In this document: piece by piece, positions 15,492 to 20,792 of the stretch
How the letters are laid out: each line of letters starts with the position of its first letter
Position numbering within the stretch: position 1 is the stretch's first letter
NCBI GenBank assembly: GCA_964565725.1
Contig: CAZMGA010000010.1
Span: 1,733 to 22,524, forward strand
Source of the DNA: an uncultured archaeon
GTDB lineage: Archaea > Iainarchaeota > Iainarchaeia > Iainarchaeales > 0-14-0-20-30-16
Direction: 5' to 3'
Length of the DNA stretch: 20,792 nt
Notes under the pieces: model-generated
Seen by the model: the letters and a program-made list of their open reading frames with translations, nothing else
Database searches by the model: none
Told to the model about the DNA's origin: nothing
Position numbers and translations under genes: made by a program

Positions 15492-17687
15492 TTAATCCAT
15501 ATAATAGGATGCATCTTTTGGTGTTACTTCCATTCCTTTTCTAGTTCTTATTTCACTAACAACTTTCTTTTGTAAATCAAAAGGCAACATTTCATAACCA
15601 GCATATTCAGCAGTCCAAACTGCTTTACCTTGTGTTACGGATCTAGAAGCTTGACTAAAACCAATTAATTCTTTTACAGGAGCAATACCTGTAATTATTG
15701 TTTCTCCACCATTAGTTTTTATATCTTCTAATCTTGCTCTTCTATTCTGTAATTCTTTAGTCATTGCACCCAAATAATCGTTAGGGAATGAAATATATAA
15801 TTTTTGTTTAGGTTCTATTATTACTGGATTTGATGACATAATCATAGCGCATAATCCTCTATTAATTGCAGGAATTACTTGTGCAGGACCTCTATGTATT
15901 GCATCTTCGTGTAATACAGCATCATCTATATAAAATATAGCTTTTACTACTTTTTCACCAGCTAATGGACCTTTATTTGTAGTTTCAATAAAAGATTGTA
16001 TAATTAATTCTCTAATTTCACCTAAGTGAATTATTCCTCTAGTTCTATTTACAATTACGCAACCATTATTTACAGCCCATATTTTTTTAGCAATATCTCT
16101 ATCAAAACCTATTTCAATTAACTTTTGAACTTTATCTTCATCTTTATTATCTCTAATTTTTCCAGTTATTCCTGTTTCAATTAAAGCGTCGTACATTTCA
16201 TCAGACATTTTTTCACAAATTAATTTAAATTTATTATGTTTATTTGGAGTTTTTGCTTCAATAATTGGTGATTCTTTTTGGATTGCTTCTTGGTAAACAA
16301 CAATTGGAGGACTAACTGTAATAGGTATACTATTATCATGTTCTATTCTATATTTTACAATTTCCAAATGTAATTCTCCCATTCCACTAATTAAAATTTC
16401 ACCAGTAGTTTGATTTAAATCAGATCTCACATTAGGATCTTCTTTTACAATTTGTTTTAATACTTCAATTAATTTTGGTAAATCTTTTGGGCTTTTAGGC
16501 TCAACAGACATAGTTATTACTGGTTCAGCTTTACTCATAAAATTTTCAAATTCTTTAATTTCTTGTTCTGCAACAGTTTCACCAGCATAAGTTTCTTTTA
16601 CACCTATAATTGCAGCAATATTTCCTGCAGATACTTCATCAACTAAAACTCTTTCAGGACCCATATATAAAGCAACTTGTTGTATTTTTACTGTTTTTTT
16701 AGTTCCAACTAAATAAATATCTTTACCTTTGGATATAGTTCCAGAATAAATTCTTCCTGTTGCTACATCTCCTGCATGAATATCATGAATTACATCTGTA
16801 ACCATCATTGCAAAAGGACCTTTTTGATCACAATTTCTCATAGATTTACCATATTCATTTTCCTCTTTACCCCAAATATGATCTATTCTATATTTTTGAG
16901 CTTCTAAAGGACTAGGTAAATTTTTAACAACCATATCTAATAAAGCTTGTGCTAAATGAGATTTTTGTGATAATTCTTTTTGATTTTCAGATTTACAATA
17001 TTCATAAACTTCTTTAAAAGTAATACCTGTTTTTTTAATAGAATCAAAAGTTAATGCCCAATTATTATAAGCAGATCCAAAAGCTACACTACCATCTTGT
17101 ACTGCCACATTCCATTTATTTTTAAATTCTTTAGGAGAATAATTATCTATTATATTATTTACTTCGTTTATTACTTCTATAAATCTTTTTTGCATTTCTT
17201 CAGGAGTTACTTTTAATTCGTTAACTAATCTATCAACTTTATTTAAAAATAAAATAGGTTTTACATATTCTTTTAATGCTTGTCTAATTACTGTTTCAGT
17301 TTGAGGCATTACACCTTCTACAACATCTACAACTAAAATTACACCATCAACAGCTCTCATAGCTCTAATTACATCTCCACCAAAGTCAACATGACCAGGA
17401 GTATCAATTAAATTTACTAAATAATTTTCACCAGAAGATGCATTATATACTAAAGAAATATTTGACGCATTTATAGTAATTCCTCTTTCTTGTTCTAAAT
17501 CATAAGAATCCATAAATCTTTGTTTTCCAGCTAAATTTTCAGAAATCAAACCAGATGCTGCAATTAAATTATCTGATAAAGTTGTTTTACCATGATCAAT
17601 GTGTGCAACAATACCTAAATTTCTAATATTTTTTTGATTTTTCATCATTTCTACTGCAATTTTTGCAATATCTTCTTTCTTTGCCAT
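15492..17687 (-). CDS. fusA: Translation elongation factor aEF-2
   Basis: AHIDHGKTTLSDNL, DTPGHVDF, NKVDR, and the diphthamide-site context LHEDAIHRGPAQV. 731 aa. GGTGGT (17691-17696) lies 3 nt upstream of the ATG. Confidence 0.97.
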   Translation of the reverse strand: MAKKEDIAKIAVEMMKNQKNIRNLGIVAHIDHGKTTLSDNLIAASGLISENLAGKQRFMDSYDLEQERGITINASNISLVYNASSGENYLVNLIDTPGHVDFGGDVIRAMRAVDGVILVVDVVEGVMPQTETVIRQALKEYVKPILFLNKVDRLVNELKVTPEEMQKRFIEVINEVNNIIDNYSPKEFKNKWNVAVQDGSVAFGSAYNNWALTFDSIKKTGITFKEVYEYCKSENQKELSQKSHLAQALLDMVVKNLPSPLEAQKYRIDHIWGKEENEYGKSMRNCDQKGPFAMMVTDVIHDIHAGDVATGRIYSGTISKGKDIYLVGTKKTVKIQQVALYMGPERVLVDEVSAGNIAAIIGVKETYAGETVAEQEIKEFENFMSKAEPVITMSVEPKSPKDLPKLIEVLKQIVKEDPNVRSDLNQTTGEILISGMGELHLEIVKYRIEHDNSIPITVSPPIVVYQEAIQKESPIIEAKTPNKHNKFKLICEKMSDEMYDALIETGITGKIRDNKDEDKVQKLIEIGFDRDIAKKIWAVNNGCVIVNRTRGIIHLGEIRELIIQSFIETTNKGPLAGEKVVKAIFYIDDAVLHEDAIHRGPAQVIPAINRGLCAMIMSSNPVIIEPKQKLYISFPNDYLGAMTKELQNRRARLEDIKTNGGETIITGIAPVKELIGFSQASRSVTQGKAVWTAEYAGYEMLPFDLQKKVVSEIRTRKGMEVTPKDASYYMD

Positions 17688-17740
17688 TATACCACCAATT
17701 AATTAATAAATTTATTTAACAATTTTTAAATAAATACAAA

Positions 17741-17758
17741 TCTGCCTAAAAAGGCAGA
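17741..17758 (-). terminator. GC-rich hairpin followed by a T-rich tract between rps7 and fusA (terminator/attenuator or processing-site candidate)
   Basis: TCTGCC-N6-GGCAGA is a perfect 6-bp stem. On the transcribed strand it is followed by TTTGTATTTATTT. It stands out in an otherwise GC-poor spacer. Function untested. Confidence 0.3.
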
Positions 17759-17794
17759 AAAGTTAGAAATTATTTTTGTTTCATAACTTTTTAT

Positions 17795-18394
17795 TTATCT
17801 TGAGGATTTTGCAATTCTTTCAACTTCATCTTTTCTTTTTATAGCATAACTCTTAGTATCTTTTGATGATGCCAAAATAATTTCATTTGCTAAAACTTGT
17901 GCAAAATCTACATTCTTATTAAAAGTATTAGCAAATACTGCTAAAACTATATTTTTTAATGCTTCATCTAATTTTTTTATAGGCGCAATATCTACAGATT
18001 CTGCAGATGCAACTCCACCTTTTGTTATTCTTGTAACATCTTCATTAGGTGTTGAATTTTCAATAGCATTTATTAAAATTTGTACTGGATTTTGTTTTGT
18101 TTTCATAGCAACAATATCAAAAGCCTCGTCAACAGTTTTAATACAAACTAATTTTTTACCACAATTTTCTCTACCTCTATAAAATTTTCCACCTAATTTT
18201 TTCTTACCTTGACCAGATCTCATTAATTTATTAATTAATCTTTCAACAATATTTATATTTTCTTTAGGTTTATGATTTGAGATAATAATTCCATTTGTGT
18301 GTAAACTCATTTGATTTGACAAATTCAAATAAGGAACTAAACCCATATCTTTTACTTTTACTTCAGTAGCATCCCATTTTCCAAAAACTTTCAT
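17795..18394 (-). CDS. rps7: 30S ribosomal protein S7 (uS7)
   Basis: KVFGKWDATEVKVKDMGLVPYLNL ... ERIAKSSR is typical archaeal uS7. The ORF-track start 18403 is the GTG of GTGAT (18399-18403). ATG 18394, 4 nt downstream, is preferred. Confidence 0.93.
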   Translation of the reverse strand: MKVFGKWDATEVKVKDMGLVPYLNLSNQMSLHTNGIIISNHKPKENINIVERLINKLMRSGQGKKKLGGKFYRGRENCGKKLVCIKTVDEAFDIVAMKTKQNPVQILINAIENSTPNEDVTRITKGGVASAESVDIAPIKKLDEALKNIVLAVFANTFNKNVDFAQVLANEIILASSKDTKSYAIKRKDEVERIAKSSR

Positions 18395-18411
18395 AACCAT
18401 CACTTTTAATT

Positions 18412-18840
18412 TTATCTCTTAGATTTTTCTTTTTTACCTAATCTCAACATTTCTAAAGAAACATTATTTACTTTTTCAACCTTATATGACACACCCCAAA
18501 GGTCTCCTTTTGGTCCTCCTTTTGAACCATTAATTCCACTAACTGTAACTTCATCATGTTGATCAATATATTTTATAGCCCCATCTTTTGGTGCTAAAGC
18601 AGTTATTTTTTTACCATTACTTAATTGTATTCTTACACATTTTCTTAATCCTGAATTAGGCTGTTTTGCTTCAACAGTTCTTTTAGCTAAAACAATACCA
18701 CTTCTCATTGGAGCTCCTTCTAAAGGATCTTTTAATCTACCTGTATCTCTTTTCCATTTTTTATTTTTCTTAGCAGATTTTTTACCCCACTTTTTACTAT
18801 CTTTTAATATTTTTCTTCCTGAAAATTCACCATTACTCAT
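18412..18840 (-). CDS. rps12: 30S ribosomal protein S12 (uS12)
   Basis: [36 protein letters not shown]...[38 protein letters not shown]. The ORF-track start 18849 is the GTG of GTGAT (18845-18849). ATG 18840 ([10 protein letters not shown]) is preferred. Confidence 0.93.
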   Translation of the reverse strand: MSNGEFSGRKILKDSKKWGKKSAKKNKKWKRDTGRLKDPLEGAPMRSGIVLAKRTVEAKQPNSGLRKCVRIQLSNGKKITALAPKDGAIKYIDQHDEVTVSGINGSKGGPKGDLWGVSYKVEKVNNVSLEMLRLGKKEKSKR

Positions 18841-18869
18841 TAAAATCACTCTATAAAATTATATCTTTC

Positions 18870-18899
18870 AAAAAAAAGGTTAAATAAATAGCACCTTTT
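18870..18899 (-). terminator. Hairpin plus T8 tract downstream of rpl30e (candidate terminator separating the rpo and ribosomal-protein transcription units)
   Basis: The transcribed strand reads AAAAGGT-gctatttattta-ACCTTTTTTTTG. The 7-bp stem pairs 18893-18899 with 18874-18880 and runs into an 8-T tract, starting 21 nt after the rpl30e stop. Oligo-T tracts are the usual archaeal termination signal. Confidence 0.35.
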
Positions 18900-18920
18900 C
18901 TTTTTAAAAAGCTATCATAT

Positions 18921-19220
18921 TTACTCCTTAATTTCATTTAAAATTTTTGACTTACCTTCATCAATTACTGTTAAAGCATTAACTGGATAAGACAAACCAA
19001 TTAATTCTCCTAAAGCTAAAGGTATTTCATCTACTTCTAAAAAAGGAATTTTTCCTATTTTTGCATAATATTCTAATTTTAATAATTCTTCTCTTTTTGC
19101 AGATTTTGAAACAATTAATCCTTTTGCATTACCAAAAAGAATAGCTTTTTCTGAATCTTTAATACCTATTATAATTTTTCCTGTTTTATATGCTCTTTTT
19201 AACTCTATATCTAATGTCAT
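18921..19220 (-). CDS. rpl30e: 50S ribosomal protein L30e (eL30, L7Ae superfamily)
   Basis: KTGKIIIGIKDSEKAILFGNAKGLIVS...YYAKIGKIPFLEVDEIPLALGELIGLSYPVNALTVIDEGKSKIL. The position between rpoA2 and rps12 is the canonical archaeal one. GAGGG lies upstream of the ATG. Confidence 0.85.
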   Translation of the reverse strand: MTLDIELKRAYKTGKIIIGIKDSEKAILFGNAKGLIVSKSAKREELLKLEYYAKIGKIPFLEVDEIPLALGELIGLSYPVNALTVIDEGKSKILNEIKE

Positions 19221-19237
19221 AATTTATCCCTCTTTAT

Positions 19238-20371
19238 TTATTTCTTTTTAATTTCTTTATTTTCTTTTGGTATTTTATCAAAGTCAACAGCTAATTCAAC
19301 TTTTCCAGCACCTACATTTATAGGCAAACCAGCCATAACATTTTCTACAACACCTTCAAATTCATCATGTTCACCATATAAAGAAGCATTAAACAAAACT
19401 TTTTCTGTTTGTTCAAATGCAGCTCTTGCTAATGGACTTTTTTTAGTATTTACTATTCCACTTCTTACAACACCTAATACTTCACCATCATAACACATAG
19501 AATCTACTAATAATAAAATATGTCTTAAATCAACACCAAATGAAGCATATACTTGTGCAATTTCTTTAAATAATAATTTTCTTGCAGCTTCAATACCAAA
19601 CATTTTATGTATTTCAAAAATATCGTTAGTATAACTTCTATAAACATCTACAAAATCTAAGTTAAAAACTTCTTTTAAATTTGAACCTTGTGTTTTTATT
19701 ACAATTTCATCATCTTCATTTGAAATTATAGCATCATTAATACCATATATTCCAACAAAACCCAAATCTAATAATTTCATAAAATATTTTCTTATTGTTA
19801 ATGGTGTTTGACCTTTAAATAAAATTTCAAAACCGTTTTTTATTTCTTTAATAGAACTTAATTTTAAAGCTGATTTTAATTGTTTTTGTAAATCTTCAAC
19901 AGTTAAATCATATTCTTCTAAAACTTTAGTTATATAATTAACCTCTATTTTTTCATTTTCAATATCTTCTTTAATAGTTACCAAATCAGACAATTTTTTA
20001 TAAATTAAAGAATTCAAATATTTTTTTAATGCTTTATCATCTTTTTTAAAATCATCTCTTATAAAAATAGTCATTACAGGATTCTTTGTTTTTGTTCTTG
20101 CATCAATTAATTCTTCTAATCTTTTTATTCCAGAGCCTACAGATACTTCTAATGCACCCGCATAGTGCTTTGTTCTTAAAGTCATTTGTGTTGCAGGTTC
20201 ACATAAAGATTGTGCAGCAACTATTCCTACAGGTTCATAATTAGGAATTAAATTATTTTCATAAAATAATTCACATTCTTTAATGAACTTAGCTTTTTGT
20301 TTTTCATCTAATTTCTGTTTTGCTAAAAAATTATTTATTTTTTCTAAATCATATTCTGGCAATTTAGTCAT
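19238..20371 (-). CDS. rpoA2: DNA-directed RNA polymerase subunit A'' (Rpo1C)
   Basis: GIVAAQSLCEPATQMTLRTKHYAG, HILLLVDSMCYDG, and ARAAFEQTEKVLFNASLYGEHDEFEGVVENVMAG match the C-terminal third of the largest RNAP subunit, which is split as in archaea. GAGGT lies 8-12 nt upstream of the ATG. Confidence 0.93.
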   Translation of the reverse strand: MTKLPEYDLEKINNFLAKQKLDEKQKAKFIKECELFYENNLIPNYEPVGIVAAQSLCEPATQMTLRTKHYAGALEVSVGSGIKRLEELIDARTKTKNPVMTIFIRDDFKKDDKALKKYLNSLIYKKLSDLVTIKEDIENEKIEVNYITKVLEEYDLTVEDLQKQLKSALKLSSIKEIKNGFEILFKGQTPLTIRKYFMKLLDLGFVGIYGINDAIISNEDDEIVIKTQGSNLKEVFNLDFVDVYRSYTNDIFEIHKMFGIEAARKLLFKEIAQVYASFGVDLRHILLLVDSMCYDGEVLGVVRSGIVNTKKSPLARAAFEQTEKVLFNASLYGEHDEFEGVVENVMAGLPINVGAGKVELAVDFDKIPKENKEIKKK

Positions 20372-20390
20372 AATAAAACCTCTAAAAATC

Positions 20391-20792
20391 CTATTTTATA
20401 TTTTCTAAAATATTTTGTAATCTATTTTCTGTAAATAATTCACCAGTAACTGTTTTTACAGGATTTACTCCATCATCACCATATTTAAATTGAATTATTT
20501 TTCCATCAGCAGTTCTTACAGATTTATCTTCAAATATAGATATATCTCTTAAAGCATTAGATATTCTTCTATAAACATATCCGGAAACTTTTGTTGCAAC
20601 AGCAGTATCAACTTCACCTTCTCTTCCACCCATAGAATGGAAAAAAGCTTCTCTAGATGATAATCCACCATAGAAATTTTTTGTTAAAAAACCTCTTGCT
20701 AATGCACCTTCATCTCCTTTTTCATACATAGATAATACTCTACCAGTATAACCTCTATTAGGTCTTTTTTCTCTAACTGCTACTTGTCCCCA
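20391..20792 (-). CDS. rpoA1: DNA-directed RNA polymerase subunit A' (Rpo1N), C-terminal 133 codons; the N-terminus lies beyond the window end
   Basis: The frame is open from 20792 (WGQVAVREKRPNRGYTGRVLSMYEKGDEGALARGFLTKNFYGGLSSREAFFHSMGGREGEVDTAVATKVSGYVYRR...), a conserved RNAP largest-subunit segment. The stop is at 20391-20393, 19 nt before rpoA2. Confidence 0.92.
   Translation of the reverse strand, partial: WGQVAVREKRPNRGYTGRVLSMYEKGDEGALARGFLTKNFYGGLSSREAFFHSMGGREGEVDTAVATKVSGYVYRRISNALRDISIFEDKSVRTADGKIIQFKYGDDGVNPVKTVTGELFTENRLQNILENIK

Noticed and set aside
1-20792. Search for CRISPR arrays, IS elements or integrases, rRNA, and signs of a recoded genetic code
   Set aside because: I saw no regularly spaced direct repeats beyond the 7669-7748 array. 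No transposase- or integrase-like ORFs, and no terminal inverted repeats flanking any block, were seen. All conserved genes (tuf, fusA, rpoA, aspS, ackA) read through without in-frame stops and end at standard stop codons, so the standard code fits.

Overview
This is a very AT-rich (roughly three quarters A+T by eye), tightly packed archaeal chromosome segment. The archaeal-specific gene set, the AT bias and the abutting or overlapping genes suggest a small-genome DPANN-type archaeon; that placement is inference. The right third (13781-20792, minus strand) is the conserved archaeal transcription/translation ('str') cluster: rpoA1 (3' end), rpoA2, rpl30e, rps12, rps7, aEF-2, aEF-1alpha, rps10. 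It lacks the nusA gene usually found between rpl30e and rps12. Moving left come a SAM methyltransferase split by a frameshift at a T6 run (13025-13620), tRNA-Glu(CUC) (12910-12981), a polytopic membrane protein and a bacterial-type acetate kinase. The most interesting block follows. A membrane-tethered wHTH regulator (7111-7644, minus) faces a translationally coupled MacB-type ABC set: ATPase 7740-8498, a bitopic triple beta-sandwich protein 8495-9778, and an FtsX/MacB permease 9775-11019. Their shared control region (7669-7748) holds a structured array of direct repeats, a palindrome and phased GTTTCA motifs. The left part holds a YkgJ-type Cys-cluster protein, a small basic protein, archaeal AspRS, a pore-less voltage-sensor-like membrane protein and a UPF0127/DUF192 protein. 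It ends with a giant membrane-anchored surface protein (>=1289 codons, minus strand, 1-3869) that runs off the window start and is missing from the supplied ORF track. I saw no CRISPR array, transposase/integrase or rRNA. Several ORF-track N-termini look over-extended; Shine-Dalgarno-like GGTGAT/GGAGG motifs 3-6 nt upstream of internal ATGs mark likelier starts.
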